From assembly GCA_014240005.1 (NCBI GenBank), contig JAAZXT010000031.1, forward strand, positions 1-40,075: 40,075 nt of DNA. The letters are read 5' to 3'. A program made the position numbers and the translations under genes. The notes beneath the pieces were generated by a model, which ran no database searches, was not told the DNA's origin, and was given only the letters and a program-made list of their open reading frames with translations. The stretch's first letter is position 1. Each line of letters starts with the position of its first letter. The DNA comes from Fidelibacterota bacterium (GTDB lineage: Bacteria > Fidelibacterota > Marinisomatia > Marinisomatales > Marinisomataceae). This document shows, piece after piece, positions 21,629 to 32,312 of this stretch.

Positions 21629-22245
21629 AAATTAAATCAATAAATAGTGGCAAAGATTATAGCTTAAACGATTCAGTGTTTAAGGTTCCTATGAATGATC
21701 AGGTTGTTTACCAGTGTGTTATAGCAGAATTAACCAATGCTAGACAAGGAACCCGATCTACAAAGAATAGATCTTCAGTTTCTGGTGGTGGTAAAAAACC
21801 ATTTAAACAAAAAGGGACTGGTAATGCTAGACAAGGAACAATCAGATCTCCTTTAAATAGAGGTGGTGGTGTTATTTTCGGTCCTAGTCCACAATATTAT
21901 TTTAAAAAAGTGAATACTAAAACTAAACAACTAGCTTTTAAATGTGTTTTATCAGAAAAAGTTAAAAATGATGCTTTAAAAGTGATTGATTCAATAGATT
22001 TAAAAACAAATAAAACGAAAGATTTTGTTGCATTCTTAGAGTCTAACAGTTTGAGTAATAAAAAAATGACAATTGTAGTATCTGAAGTAAATCAAAATTT
22101 AGCCTTAGCATCAAGAAATATTGAACATGTAAATGTTGTGAAAGCATCATCATGTTCTGTTGCAGATTTAATGAATAATGACGCTTTATTGGTGGATGCA
22201 AATGCTTTGACTTTAATGTCAGAAAGATTTGGAGATAAGAAATAA
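21625..22245 (+). CDS. rplD: 50S ribosomal protein L4
   Basis: RQGT..TKNR..VSGGGKKPFKQKGTGNARQG. Confidence 0.99.
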   Translation: MKIKSINSGKDYSLNDSVFKVPMNDQVVYQCVIAELTNARQGTRSTKNRSSVSGGGKKPFKQKGTGNARQGTIRSPLNRGGGVIFGPSPQYYFKKVNTKTKQLAFKCVLSEKVKNDALKVIDSIDLKTNKTKDFVAFLESNSLSNKKMTIVVSEVNQNLALASRNIEHVNVVKASSCSVADLMNNDALLVDANALTLMSERFGDKK

Positions 22246-22247
22246 TT

Positions 22248-22559
22248 ATGAATCATTTTTCACAGATTTTAATTCGTCCAGTAGTGACTGAAAAAATGAC
22301 ATCTCTTCAGGAGTCAGAAAATAAATATGCATTCGAAGTGCCTGTTGAGGTAAATAAAATTGAGATTAAAAAAGCTGTAGAAGAAAAATTTAAAGTTAAA
22401 GTCCTTAAAGTTGCTGTAAGCAATCGAAAAGGTAAAGCTAAGCAGATGACTGTAAAAAGCAATGGAAGAACAATTAGAACAAATGGATATACCAAACTAA
22501 AGAAGAGAGCTATTGTAACGCTTGTAGAAGGTTATAACATAGACTTGTTTAGTGTATAG
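22248..22559 (+). CDS. rplW: 50S ribosomal protein L23
   Basis: RPVVTEK, NKIEIKKAVE..F.VKV, KRAIVTL. Confidence 0.98.
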   Translation: MNHFSQILIRPVVTEKMTSLQESENKYAFEVPVEVNKIEIKKAVEEKFKVKVLKVAVSNRKGKAKQMTVKSNGRTIRTNGYTKLKKRAIVTLVEGYNIDLFSV

Positions 22560-22568
22560 ATACAAATT

Positions 22569-23396
22569 ATGGCAATAAGACAATTAAAACCAGTTACTCC
22601 GGCATCAAGATTTACTTCTAAGCCAGATTTTTCTGAGATTACTGCTAGTAAACCTGAAAAATCATTGGTGAGAAAGTTAAATAAGACAGGCGGTAGAAAT
22701 AATAGAGGTCGTATTACTTCTCGTAGAAGAGGTGGTGGACATAAGCGTAGCTACAGATTAATAGATTTTAAAAGAAATAAATTGAATATCGAAGGTAAGG
22801 TAGCAACTATTGAGTATGATCCAAATAGAAGCGCATTCATTGCTTTAATTCACTATTCAGATGGAGAAAAAAGATATATTATACAGCCAGATGGATTAAA
22901 AGTTGGGGATATTATTATTTCTTCAGAAAAAGCAGCATTAAAAAATGGTAATGCTATGCAATTAAAAAATATACCATCAGGTCAATTTGTACATAATATT
23001 GAATTAATTCCTGGTAAGGGAGCACAAATGGCTAGGAGTGCAGGAGCATATGTGCAGGTAATGGCTCATGATAATAATTATGTAACATTAAAAATGCCAT
23101 CTGGAGAAGTGAGAATGGTTCCAGATAAATGTTTAGCTACAATTGGTGTAGTTGGTAATAAACAGCATGAATTGGTACGTTCAGGTAAAGCAGGTCGATC
23201 AAGATGGCTTGGAAAACGTCCTAAAGTTAGAGGAGTAGCGATGAACCCTGTTGATCACCCTCATGGTGGTGGAGAAGGTAAGAGTTCAGGTGGAAGACAT
23301 CCAGTGTCTCCTTGGGGTCAACCTACGAAAGGTTTCAAGACTAGGAAGAAAAAGAAAAAGTCAAATGCTCTAATAGTAAAAAGGAGAAATGATTAA
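22569..23396 (+). CDS. rplB: 50S ribosomal protein L2
   Basis: [37 protein letters not shown]. Confidence 0.99.
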   Translation: MAIRQLKPVTPASRFTSKPDFSEITASKPEKSLVRKLNKTGGRNNRGRITSRRRGGGHKRSYRLIDFKRNKLNIEGKVATIEYDPNRSAFIALIHYSDGEKRYIIQPDGLKVGDIIISSEKAALKNGNAMQLKNIPSGQFVHNIELIPGKGAQMARSAGAYVQVMAHDNNYVTLKMPSGEVRMVPDKCLATIGVVGNKQHELVRSGKAGRSRWLGKRPKVRGVAMNPVDHPHGGGEGKSSGGRHPVSPWGQPTKGFKTRKKKKKSNALIVKRRND

Positions 23397-23668
23397 TGTC
23401 TAGATCTATTAGAAAAGGACCTCATATCGATGTCAAATTATTGAAAAAAGTTGATAAAATGAATGAGTCAACAAAGAAAGGTGTTATAAAGACATGGGCA
23501 AGACATTCTGTGATTGTTCCAGATTTTGTAGGACATACTTTTGCTGTACACAATGGAAATAAATTTATACCTGTTTTTATCACAGAGAATATGGTTGGTC
23601 ATAAATTAGGAGAATTTTCTCCTACAAGAACATTTAGAATGCATTCAGGAGATAGAAAGAAAAAATAA
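23396..23668 (+). CDS. rpsS: 30S ribosomal protein S19
   Basis: [26 protein letters not shown]. Confidence 0.99.
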   Translation: MSRSIRKGPHIDVKLLKKVDKMNESTKKGVIKTWARHSVIVPDFVGHTFAVHNGNKFIPVFITENMVGHKLGEFSPTRTFRMHSGDRKKK

Positions 23669-23670
23669 TT

Positions 23671-24003
23671 ATGGATATCACTTCAAGATCTAACAATGTA
23701 AAACATTCACCAAAGAAGCTAAGAAAAGTAGCTAACTGTGTTCGTGGTTTAAATGTAAATAAAGCATTATCATCTTTAAGACATATGGATGAGAAAGGTG
23801 CTCAGATTGTTGAAAAAACACTATCTTCTGCTATTGCTAATGCCGGAAATACAGAGAATTTTGACAAAGATATGAATGAGGTTAAAGTAAAAACTATTAC
23901 CGTAGATGAAGGTCCTGCACAAAAAAGATTTAGAGCAAGAGCTCAAGGAAGAGCAAATAGAATTAAAAAGAGAACAAGTCATTTAAAAATAGTTATAGGA
24001 TAA
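23671..24003 (+). CDS. rplV: 50S ribosomal protein L22
   Basis: SPKKLRKVA, SAIANA, VDEGP..KRFRARAQGRA..KRTSH. Confidence 0.98.
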   Translation: MDITSRSNNVKHSPKKLRKVANCVRGLNVNKALSSLRHMDEKGAQIVEKTLSSAIANAGNTENFDKDMNEVKVKTITVDEGPAQKRFRARAQGRANRIKKRTSHLKIVIG

Positions 24004-24006
24004 TTA

Positions 24007-24645
24007 ATGGGACAAAAGACACATCCAAAAGGTTTAAGATTAGAGCTAAATAAGAACTGGAGTTCAAATTGGTTTCCAAAGAAAAATGCTTATGCGGCTG
24101 ATCTTGCACAAGATATTAAATTAAGAAAATATCTAAAGAAAAGATTGCATGATGCTTCAGTTGCATCTATTAATATTGAGAGAACTTCGCAAGCAATTAC
24201 TGTTACTATTCATACAGCTAGACCTGGTATTGTTATTGGTAGGGGCGGAGAAGAAGTTACTAGACTGAAAAAAGAAGTTTCAAAACTATGTAACACTAAT
24301 GATATTCATTTAAATATAAATGAGGTAAAAAGACCTGAATTAAATGCTGAATTAGTAGGTCAAAATATTGCTACTCAATTAGTGAAGAAAATGGCTTACA
24401 GAAGAGTGCTTAACAAAACTATGCAGTCTACCATGAGAATGGGAGCAGAAGGTATTAGAATTAATGTTGCTGGAAGATTGGGTGGAGTAGAGATTGCTAG
24501 ATCTGAAAGATTTATGAATGGAAGAGTTCCATTACATACTCTTAGAGCAGATATTGACTATGCATTAGTAGAGGCTCATACAACATATGGCATCATAGGA
24601 ATTAAGGTATGGATCTGTAATGGATTTACAAAGGCTAAGAAATAA
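24007..24645 (+). CDS. rpsC: 30S ribosomal protein S3
   Basis: [36 protein letters not shown]. Confidence 0.99.
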   Translation: MGQKTHPKGLRLELNKNWSSNWFPKKNAYAADLAQDIKLRKYLKKRLHDASVASINIERTSQAITVTIHTARPGIVIGRGGEEVTRLKKEVSKLCNTNDIHLNINEVKRPELNAELVGQNIATQLVKKMAYRRVLNKTMQSTMRMGAEGIRINVAGRLGGVEIARSERFMNGRVPLHTLRADIDYALVEAHTTYGIIGIKVWICNGFTKAKK

Positions 24646-25067
24646 TGTTAGAACCTAAAAAAATTAAATATAGAAAAGTTCATAGAGGAAACCGAAAAGG
24701 TATGGCTAAGGGTGGTACCGAAGTCAATTTTGGTAGTTATGGATTAAAAGCAATGGAATCAGGGTGGGTTACAGCTAGACAAATTGAAGCTACTAGAATT
24801 TCAATATCTAGACGAGTAAGAAAATTAGGTAGAATGTGGATTAGAATTTTTCCAGATAAGCCAATTACAAAAAAACCATTAGAAACAAGAATGGGTAAAG
24901 GAAAAGGATCTCCAGAATATTGGGTAGCAAATGTGAGACCTGGTAGAATTTTATTTGAAGTAGAGGGTATTTCTAGAGAAGTAGCTCAAGAAGCATTTAG
25001 AATTGCTGGTAATAAATTAGCAATTAAAACAAAATTAGTTGCAAAAAGAGGGTTAGATGAAGGTTAA
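24645..25067 (+). CDS. rplP: 50S ribosomal protein L16
   Basis: [27 protein letters not shown]. Confidence 0.99.
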   Translation: MLEPKKIKYRKVHRGNRKGMAKGGTEVNFGSYGLKAMESGWVTARQIEATRISISRRVRKLGRMWIRIFPDKPITKKPLETRMGKGKGSPEYWVANVRPGRILFEVEGISREVAQEAFRIAGNKLAIKTKLVAKRGLDEG

Positions 25068-25266
25068 TGATCTAAGAAAGTTATCTGATAGAGATTTATT
25101 ATCACGCTTAGTTGATAACAAAGAAAGCTTGCAGAAATATCGCTTTCAGAAGTCAATTCAACAATTAGAAGACTATAAAGTGTTATCTGACCTAAGGAAA
25201 GAAAATGCTAGAATTAATACGATATTAAGAGAAAAAACCTTAGATAAGGGAAATATTGATGGATAG
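25057..25266 (+). CDS. rpmC: 50S ribosomal protein L29
   Basis: [24 protein letters not shown]; synteny. Confidence 0.93.
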   Translation: MKVNDLRKLSDRDLLSRLVDNKESLQKYRFQKSIQQLEDYKVLSDLRKENARINTILREKTLDKGNIDG

Positions 25267-25513
25267 AAATACTCAAAAACTAGTAGGTACTGTTGTTTCT
25301 GACGCTATGGATAAAACTGTGGTAGTTAGCGTAGAGAGACTTGTGAAACATAAGCTCTATAAAAAGTATATGAAAAGATCAAAGAAATATTATGCACATG
25401 ATGAAAATAATACTTTCAAAAAAGGTGATATGGTAGAACTTGTGGCAACTAAGCCTTTGAGCAAATTAAAGAGATGGCGTACATCTAAATTAATTAAGAA
25501 CGGAAATAAATAG
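25259..25513 (+). CDS. rpsQ: 30S ribosomal protein S17
   Basis: [29 protein letters not shown]. Confidence 0.98.
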   Translation: MDRNTQKLVGTVVSDAMDKTVVVSVERLVKHKLYKKYMKRSKKYYAHDENNTFKKGDMVELVATKPLSKLKRWRTSKLIKNGNK

Positions 25514-25881
25514 TGGTACAAGCAGAAACAAGATTAAAAGTAGCTGACAATTCTGGAGCAAAAACAGTACAATGTTTTAAAGTTTTAGGTGGATCAAAGA
25601 AGAGATATGCTAGTATTGGTGATCTTATTGTTGTGGCTGTTAAATCTTCTACTCCTGGCGGTATGGTTAAAAAAGGAGAGGTTGCTCGAGCTGTAGTAGT
25701 TAGAGTGAAGAAAGAAGTAAGAAGAAGAGATGGATCTTATATTAGATTTGATGATAATGCTGCAGTTATTTTGGACGCTCAAAATGAACCAAAAGGAACT
25801 AGAATATTTGGTCCAGTAGCAAGAGAGTTAAGAGAGGGTGGTTATATGAAAATTATTTCAATGGCACCGGAGGTTTTATAA
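25513..25881 (+). CDS. rplN: 50S ribosomal protein L14 (GTG start)
   Basis: [31 protein letters not shown]. Confidence 0.99.
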   Translation: MVQAETRLKVADNSGAKTVQCFKVLGGSKKRYASIGDLIVVAVKSSTPGGMVKKGEVARAVVVRVKKEVRRRDGSYIRFDDNAAVILDAQNEPKGTRIFGPVARELREGGYMKIISMAPEVL

Positions 25882-26186
25882 TGAAAATTAAAAAAAATAT
25901 GATGGTAAAAGTAGTAGCTGGAAATTTTAAGGGCCTTTCAGGTAAAGTTCTTAAGGTGATACCAGAGACTCAAAGAGCTATTGTTGAAGGTGTTGCTTTA
26001 ACAAAAAGAACTCTAAAACCTTCTCAAGAAAATCCGAAAGGTGGATTCACAGAGAGAGAAAGATCTTTGCATGTTTCAAATTTAATGGCTTTAGAAAGCG
26101 ATAAGGCTTCTAGGATCGGATTCAAAGTACTGGAAGATAAATCAAAAGTAAGAGTCTCAAAAAGATCTGGTAAGGAATTAGGCTAA
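25881..26186 (+). CDS. rplX: 50S ribosomal protein L24
   Basis: KOW-like VKVVAGNFKGLSGKV, IVEGV, LHVSN; synteny. Confidence 0.96.
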   Translation: MKIKKNMMVKVVAGNFKGLSGKVLKVIPETQRAIVEGVALTKRTLKPSQENPKGGFTERERSLHVSNLMALESDKASRIGFKVLEDKSKVRVSKRSGKELG

Positions 26187-26191
26187 GATTG

Positions 26192-26782
26192 ATGGTAACA
26201 CCAAATTATAAGAAGAAATATTTAGATAAAGTTAGACCTCATTTAATGAAGACTTTCAATTTCACTACTGTTATGCAAGTACCTAAGATTAAAAAAATTA
26301 CATTAAATATTGGTTTAGGTAACGCAAAAGAAAATAAAAAAGCTTTACAGGCGGCTCTTGATGAATTGATGTTAATTACCGGTCAAAAGCCAGTGATTAC
26401 CAAAGCAAAGAAAGATGTTTCTAATTTTAAGATTAGAAAAGGATTTCCCGTTGGATGTAAAGTGACTTTGCGTAAAGATTATATGTATGAATTTTTAGAA
26501 AGATTATGTGCGGTAGCTCTCCCAAGAACAAGAGATTTTAGAGGATTATCTGATAAATCATTTGACGGACAAGGTAACTACAGTTTTGGAATCAAAGAGC
26601 AAATTGTATTTGCAGAAATTGACTACGATAAAGTTGATTCTATTACGGGGATGGATGTTATTATTACGACATCAGCTGATAGCGATGAAATATCTTATGA
26701 ATTATTAAGATCTATGGGATTGCCAATCAGAGAAAAGAAAGCTTTAACAGATAATAACTTAGACAAGGAAGAAAATGGCTAA
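26192..26782 (+). CDS. rplE: 50S ribosomal protein L5
   Basis: [37 protein letters not shown] (alternative TTG start at 26189). Confidence 0.98.
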   Translation: MVTPNYKKKYLDKVRPHLMKTFNFTTVMQVPKIKKITLNIGLGNAKENKKALQAALDELMLITGQKPVITKAKKDVSNFKIRKGFPVGCKVTLRKDYMYEFLERLCAVALPRTRDFRGLSDKSFDGQGNYSFGIKEQIVFAEIDYDKVDSITGMDVIITTSADSDEISYELLRSMGLPIREKKALTDNNLDKEENG

Positions 26783-27080
26783 AAAATCTAAAGTTGTAAG
26801 AGAAAATCACTTAATAAAAAAAGTGGAAAAATATTATACTCTAAGAAAAGAATTAAGAGGATTGATTAAAAATCCTAACACTCCAGAAGATGAAAAAATG
26901 AAAGCTATAGAGAAGCTTCAGAAGCTTCCTAGAAGTTCAAGTAGTATTCGTTTAACAAACAGGTGTGCTGTGTCTGGAAGACCAAAAGGGTATATGAGAA
27001 AATTTGGTTTATCAAGAATAACTTTTAGAGAATTAGCATTAAAAGGTGAATTACCTGGTGTAACTAAGGCCAGTTGGTAA
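26775..27080 (+). CDS. rpsN: 30S ribosomal protein S14 (long, Zn-free type, 101 aa)
   Basis: [38 protein letters not shown]. Confidence 0.98.
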   Translation: MAKKSKVVRENHLIKKVEKYYTLRKELRGLIKNPNTPEDEKMKAIEKLQKLPRSSSSIRLTNRCAVSGRPKGYMRKFGLSRITFRELALKGELPGVTKASW

Positions 27081-27092
27081 GGAGAATATTTT

Positions 27093-27491
27093 ATGTCAAT
27101 GACAGATCCAATAGCAGATTTTTGTACAAGAATAAGAAATGGTTATTCATCTAAAAAAAGATGGATAGATATACCTTCTTCATTATTGAAAAAAAGAATC
27201 TCCGTTGTATTAAAAGAAGAGGGATATATTGATAATGTTGTTTTTGTAAACAAAGAAGATAATAAAGAGGATATTAGAATTTTCTTAAGATATCACAATG
27301 AATCACCAGCAATTACAACAATTGAAAAAATTAGTAAACCTGGAAAAAGAGTTTATGTAGCTTCAGATGAAATTCCTAGAGTCTTGAATGGTTTAGGGAT
27401 TAGTGTTATATCATCTTCAAAAGGTGTAATAAGTAATAAAGTAGCAAGAAAATTAAAAGTTGGGGGAGAGTTGCTCTGCAACGTTTGGTAA
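27093..27491 (+). CDS. rpsH: 30S ribosomal protein S8
   Basis: MSMTDPIADF.TRIRN, SKPGKRVY, VGGELL. Confidence 0.99.
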   Translation: MSMTDPIADFCTRIRNGYSSKKRWIDIPSSLLKKRISVVLKEEGYIDNVVFVNKEDNKEDIRIFLRYHNESPAITTIEKISKPGKRVYVASDEIPRVLNGLGISVISSSKGVISNKVARKLKVGGELLCNVW

Positions 27492-27492
27492 T

Positions 27493-28035
27493 ATGTCAAG
27501 AATAGGAAATAGCGTAATTACAATACCGGAAGGTGTAAAAGTAGAGAATAATACTCAGCATTTATTGGTGGCAGGCCCTAAGGGTAAGTTGTCGGTTGAT
27601 ATTTGCGAAGAAGTAACAATAAAAATCGAAGATAATAGTTTATCTGTTTCAAGAAACGCAGAAGATAAAGTTTCAAGAGCTATGCATGGTACTATTAGGC
27701 AGTTAGTTTTTAATGCTATTGAAGGAGTTACAAACGGCTTCTCTAAACATTTAGAGATTATAGGTATTGGTTATAATGCTAAATCTCAAAATAATAGAGT
27801 GATTTTACAATTAGGTTTTTCCCATGATATTATTTTTGATTTGCCTGAAGGTGTTGAAGCAGTTGCTCAAAAAGGTGAATTAGAAATTAAGGGTATAGAT
27901 AAACAAGCTGTAGGTCAAGTAGCAGCAAAAATAAGATCTTTAAGAAAGCCTGAACCTTATAAAGGAAAAGGAATTAGATATAAAGATGAATATGTTCGTT
28001 CGAAACAAGGTAAAACTGTTGGAGGGGGCGACTAG
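27493..28035 (+). CDS. rplF: 50S ribosomal protein L6
   Basis: MSRIG (ATG 27493), GPKG.L, RKPEPYKGKGIRY. Confidence 0.99.
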   Translation: MSRIGNSVITIPEGVKVENNTQHLLVAGPKGKLSVDICEEVTIKIEDNSLSVSRNAEDKVSRAMHGTIRQLVFNAIEGVTNGFSKHLEIIGIGYNAKSQNNRVILQLGFSHDIIFDLPEGVEAVAQKGELEIKGIDKQAVGQVAAKIRSLRKPEPYKGKGIRYKDEYVRSKQGKTVGGGD

Positions 28036-28395
28036 ATGAGAGGTTTAAAATTAAAAAAAGAGCAATATTTAAGAAGAAGAAAAAGATCGAAAAAATCTTT
28101 TCCAGTTGAAGGTGAATACAGATTATGTGTTTATAAGAGTGCTAGGCATATAGAGGCACAGATTATTGATGATTTTAATCAAACTACTTTAGTAGCTGCT
28201 TCTTCAAAAGAAAAGGCTTATACAAAAGAAAAAGTTAATAAAAGCGAATTAGCTTCTCTCGTTGGAAAATCATTATCTGAGAGAGCGAAAGCAAAAAAAG
28301 TTAAAAAAGTATACTTTGATAGAAATGGCTTCAGATACCATGGAAGAGTAAAATCTTTTGCAGAAGCTTCTAGAAAAGGTGGACTAAAATTTTAA
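28036..28395 (+). CDS. rplR: 50S ribosomal protein L18
   Basis: RLCVYKS..HI.AQIIDD, FDRNGFRYHGRV. Confidence 0.98.
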   Translation: MRGLKLKKEQYLRRRKRSKKSFPVEGEYRLCVYKSARHIEAQIIDDFNQTTLVAASSKEKAYTKEKVNKSELASLVGKSLSERAKAKKVKKVYFDRNGFRYHGRVKSFAEASRKGGLKF

Positions 28396-28408
28396 TATTG
28401 GAGAATAA

Positions 28409-28915
28409 ATGAGTATGATTAATTATTCAGAACTTGATTTAAAAGAAGAATCCGTTATAAGAATTAACAGAGTTGCGAAAGTTAATTCTCGTGGAAAGAG
28501 ATTCAGTTTTTCGACTATAGTTGTTATTGGTGATGGTAAAGCACATGTTGGTATTGGTTCAGGAAAAGCCAATGAAGTAATTGTGTCTATTAATAAAGCT
28601 AAAGATGATGCAAAACAAAATTTAGTCAAGGTCCCTGTTTATAATTATACTATTCCTCATGAAATTATAGGCAAACATGGCGCAAGTAGAGTGTTATTAA
28701 AACCAGCTCCGTTTGGAACAGGTATTATAGCTGGTTCTGCAGTAAGATTGATTATGGAGCAAGTTGGTATTAATAATATTTACTCAAAAGTATTAGGGTC
28801 AAACAATCCTATGAATGTTGCTAAGGCTGTGATGAATGCTTTAACAAGTTTGCAGGATATTAGAGTTGTTGCTAAGAAAAGAGGAAAAACACCAAAAACA
28901 TTATTTGAGATTTAA
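28409..28915 (+). CDS. rpsE: 30S ribosomal protein S5
   Basis: INRVAKV..GKRFSF, GKANEV, LKPAPFGTGIIAG. Confidence 0.99.
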   Translation: MSMINYSELDLKEESVIRINRVAKVNSRGKRFSFSTIVVIGDGKAHVGIGSGKANEVIVSINKAKDDAKQNLVKVPVYNYTIPHEIIGKHGASRVLLKPAPFGTGIIAGSAVRLIMEQVGINNIYSKVLGSNNPMNVAKAVMNALTSLQDIRVVAKKRGKTPKTLFEI

Positions 28916-28919
28916 AAAG

Positions 28920-29108
28920 ATGGCTAAAAAACAAATTAAAATTACACAAATAAAAAGTAGAATTGGCTATTCAAAAAAAGCAAAAGCTACTCTTGATGCG
29001 TTAGGTCTTAGAAAAATGAATAAATCAGTTGTTTTAGATCTAAATGACGCAATAAATGGAATGATAAAAAAAATAGATTATTTAGTCAAGGTTGAGGAAG
29101 TAAAATGA
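28920..29108 (+). CDS. rpmD: 50S ribosomal protein L30
   Basis: IKITQIKSRIG, TLDALGLRKMN, GMIKKI; ATG at 28920. Confidence 0.96.
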   Translation: MAKKQIKITQIKSRIGYSKKAKATLDALGLRKMNKSVVLDLNDAINGMIKKIDYLVKVEEVK

Positions 29109-29536
29109 AATTAGTAAAACCTATTAAAGCTACAAAATCCTCTAAAAGAGTTGGTAGAGGACCTGGTTCTGGCTTAGGCGGAACTGCCGGAAGAGGTCAT
29201 AAGGGAGCAGGCCAAAGAAGTGGTTTTAAACACAGATATTGGTTTGAAGGAGGTCAAGTACCTCTTCATAGAAGAGTTCCAACTAGAGGATTTAATAATT
29301 TTAATTTTGCAAAATCATATGAAATTGTAAATCTTTCTCAAATTGCTAAGATTAAATCAAAGAATATTGATTCTGAGGTTCTGCTAGCAAAAGGATTAAT
29401 CTCTTCAAGTTTTGTTGCTGTAAAGATTCTTGGAAATGGCGATATTGATAAAGCTTATAATGTTACTGCATCAGCATTTAGTGCATCCGCAGCTAAGAAA
29501 ATTGAAGCAGCAGGTGGAAAGGTTACTGTTCAATGA
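29105..29536 (+). CDS. rplO: 50S ribosomal protein L15
   Basis: RVGRGPGSG.G.TAGRGHKG, FEGGQVPL, KIEAAGG. Confidence 0.99.
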   Translation: MKLVKPIKATKSSKRVGRGPGSGLGGTAGRGHKGAGQRSGFKHRYWFEGGQVPLHRRVPTRGFNNFNFAKSYEIVNLSQIAKIKSKNIDSEVLLAKGLISSSFVAVKILGNGDIDKAYNVTASAFSASAAKKIEAAGGKVTVQ

Positions 29537-30834
29537 TTGAAAAACTAAGAAATATTTTTGTTATTCCTGAATTGAGAAGTAAAATATTATTTACTCTAGG
29601 AGTTTTGATGATTGTTAGGCTTGGAGCTCAAGTGCCTATTCCCGGTATTGACCCTGAAGCTCTTCGTCAAACTATGGAATCTTTAAATGATACTTTTTTT
29701 GGCTTATTTAATATGTTTACAGGCGGAGCATTTGGTCAAGCTGCTGTATTTGGATTAGGAATTATGCCATATATTTCAGTCTCAATTGTTGTACAAATAC
29801 TTCAAACGACTCTCCCATATTTTCAACGCTTAGCACAAGAAGGAGAAAGTGGAAGAGCTAAAATCAATCAAATTATTAGGTATGGTACAGTAATTTTAGC
29901 ACTTGTTCAGTCTATTGGTATTGCTTTTTTATTAGAGAGTTATGGTATTGTATTAAATCCAGGATTTGTTTTTAGATTTACTGCAGTAATCTCTATTACA
30001 ACAGGTACAATGCTACTATTATGGCTTGGTGAAAAGATTACAGAACATGGTATAGGTAACGGCATATCTCTTATCATTATGGTTGGAATTTTAGCAGCAT
30101 TTCCTAATGTTGTTTTATCTGAAATTTCATATTTTCAACAGGGTGTAAGAGGTATTCTTTCAGAACTTTCTCTTGCAATCCTATTCTTTTTCCTAGTTAT
30201 GTTAATTATACTTATACAACAGGGTTTGAGAAAAGTACCCGTTCAATATGCTAGAAGAATTATTGGAAGAAAAGTGTATGGCGGACAATCTACTTATCTC
30301 CCTTTAAAGATTAATACAGCAGGAGTTATACCTATTATATTTGCGCAATCTATATTATTAATTCCTGGTACTATCGCTACATTCGTAGGTCAAGATGCAA
30401 CTCAATCTAATTTTATGTCTTGGTTTGCAATGGATCATTGGTTTTCTAATGTATGTTTTGCATTGTTAATTGTATTCTTTACTTACTTTTATACTGCATT
30501 ACAATTTGATCCGAATCAAGTAGCTTCTACCTTGAAACAACAAGGAGGATTTATTCCCGGAGTAAAACCAGGAAAAAAGACAGCACAGTTTATTGAAAAT
30601 ATTCTTACAAAAGTAACACTTCCAGGCGCATGTTTTCTTGGATTCATTGCTTTAATGCCATATTTCTTGCAACAATTTGGTTTAGACTACAGTTACGCTT
30701 CATTTTTTGGAGGAACTAGTTTATTAATCATCGTTGGTGTTGGGTTAGATACCTTAAGTCAAATAGAAACACACTTACTATCTAGACATTATGATGGTTT
30801 TTTATCAAAAGGTAAAGTTAGAGGAAGAAGATAA
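29533..30834 (+). CDS. secY: Preprotein translocase subunit SecY
   Basis: LGIMPYI, WLGEKIT..GIGNGISLII, AGVIPIIFA, IPGVKPG, GGTSLLI; multiple TM segments. Confidence 0.99.
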   Translation: MIEKLRNIFVIPELRSKILFTLGVLMIVRLGAQVPIPGIDPEALRQTMESLNDTFFGLFNMFTGGAFGQAAVFGLGIMPYISVSIVVQILQTTLPYFQRLAQEGESGRAKINQIIRYGTVILALVQSIGIAFLLESYGIVLNPGFVFRFTAVISITTGTMLLLWLGEKITEHGIGNGISLIIMVGILAAFPNVVLSEISYFQQGVRGILSELSLAILFFFLVMLIILIQQGLRKVPVQYARRIIGRKVYGGQSTYLPLKINTAGVIPIIFAQSILLIPGTIATFVGQDATQSNFMSWFAMDHWFSNVCFALLIVFFTYFYTALQFDPNQVASTLKQQGGFIPGVKPGKKTAQFIENILTKVTLPGACFLGFIALMPYFLQQFGLDYSYASFFGGTSLLIIVGVGLDTLSQIETHLLSRHYDGFLSKGKVRGRR

Positions 30835-31583
30835 TGGTTGATTTAAATAACACTAATCAAGTTTCCCATATGACTGAAAGTTGTCAGATTCTATCTGATA
30901 CACTTGATATGATTGAAGGCTATGTGAAGCCAGGTCAATCTGTAATGGAATTAGATAGGTTGGCAGAAGAATATATCTTATCTAGAGATGCTAAACCTGC
31001 ATTTAAAGGGTATAATAATTTTCCTTCAACATTAACTGTATCAATTGACGATGAAGTAGTCCATGGTATACCAAAAGATGTGGTTTTAGAGGAAGGTCAA
31101 ATTGTTGGTATAGACTGCGGAGTTCTAAAGAATGATTATTACAGTGATTCAGCAAGAACGTTAGCTGTTGGAAAAATTTCAGAAGAAAAACAATCATTAT
31201 TGGATATTACAAAAGAAGCATTAGAAATAGGGATTAGCAAAGCAGTGGTAGGAAATCGCGTTTTTGATATTAGCGATGCAATACAAAAGTATGTTGAATC
31301 AAAAGGTTATTCAATAGTAAGAGAATTAGTGGGTCATGGAATTGGTACTCAATTGCATCTTGAACCACAAGTTCCAAATTTTTCTACTCCTAGAAGTGCT
31401 GGTCATGACATTGAATTGAAAGAAGGTATGTGTTTAGCAATTGAACCAATGGTAAACTTAGGATCAAGATATATTAAAACTGACTCAGATGGATGGACAA
31501 TTAGGACGCAAGACGGACAACCAAGTGCACACTTTGAACATTCAATTCTTATTACTAAGTTGCAACCCAGAATTTTAACATAA
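30834..31583 (+). CDS. map: Type I methionine aminopeptidase
   Basis: VVHGIP, IDCG, DSART, GHGIG..LH, AIEPM, SAHFEH. Confidence 0.98.
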   Translation: MVDLNNTNQVSHMTESCQILSDTLDMIEGYVKPGQSVMELDRLAEEYILSRDAKPAFKGYNNFPSTLTVSIDDEVVHGIPKDVVLEEGQIVGIDCGVLKNDYYSDSARTLAVGKISEEKQSLLDITKEALEIGISKAVVGNRVFDISDAIQKYVESKGYSIVRELVGHGIGTQLHLEPQVPNFSTPRSAGHDIELKEGMCLAIEPMVNLGSRYIKTDSDGWTIRTQDGQPSAHFEHSILITKLQPRILT

Positions 31584-31807
31584 TGACAAAACAAGAATCA
31601 ATAGAAGTAGAGGGAGTAATTAAAGAGGCTTTACCAGGCGCTAGGTTTAGAGTAGCTATTAACTTAGGCGGTAAAGAGCATGAAGTACTTGCTCATGTAA
31701 GCGGAAAAATGCGTATGCATTATATTAAAATGCTACCAGGAGATAAAGTTGATTTACAATTATCTCCATATGATTTAAGCAGAGGAAGAATTACTTTTAG
31801 GCAATAA
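31583..31807 (+). CDS. infA: Translation initiation factor IF-1
   Basis: EALP...[25 protein letters not shown]. Confidence 0.98.
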   Translation: MTKQESIEVEGVIKEALPGARFRVAINLGGKEHEVLAHVSGKMRMHYIKMLPGDKVDLQLSPYDLSRGRITFRQ

Positions 31808-31809
31808 TT

Positions 31810-31926
31810 ATGAAAGTTAGAGCATCAGTAAAGAAAAGAACACGTGACTGCGTTATTGTACGTAGAAAAGGACGTATTTACGTTATTAATAAGAAGAACC
31901 CTAGGTTTAAGCAGAGGCAAGGATAA
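31810..31926 (+). CDS. rpmJ: 50S ribosomal protein L36 (Zn-free type; 38 aa, below the ORF-track cutoff)
   Basis: Manual translation [38 protein letters not shown]; located between infA and rpsM. Confidence 0.97.
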   Translation: MKVRASVKKRTRDCVIVRRKGRIYVINKKNPRFKQRQG

Positions 31927-32309
31927 TGGCTAGAATAGCAGGTGTTGATATACCAAAAGATAAGAAAGTTGCATATTCATTGCGTTATGTCCATGGTATT
32001 GGGCTTAATACTGCAATGAAAGTATGTGAATTAGCAAAAGTCGATCCAAATGTAAGAGTTACGGATTTAAACTCTAAAGATGAAGATGCAATTAGAAAAG
32101 TTATTGTAGATTTAAAATTATTGATTGAAGGTGAACTAAGAAGTGAAAATTTAAGAAATATCAAAAGACTACAAGATATTGGTAGCTATAGAGGAGTAAG
32201 ACACAGAAAATCTCTTCCAGTAAGAGGTCAGAGAACAAAGACTAACTCTAGAACAAAGAGAAGTGGAAAAAAACAAACAATATCACTTGGTAAGAAAGCA
32301 GCAGTATAA
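31926..32309 (+). CDS. rpsM: 30S ribosomal protein S13
   Basis: [27 protein letters not shown]. Confidence 0.99.
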   Translation: MARIAGVDIPKDKKVAYSLRYVHGIGLNTAMKVCELAKVDPNVRVTDLNSKDEDAIRKVIVDLKLLIEGELRSENLRNIKRLQDIGSYRGVRHRKSLPVRGQRTKTNSRTKRSGKKQTISLGKKAAV

Positions 32310-32312
32310 TAT

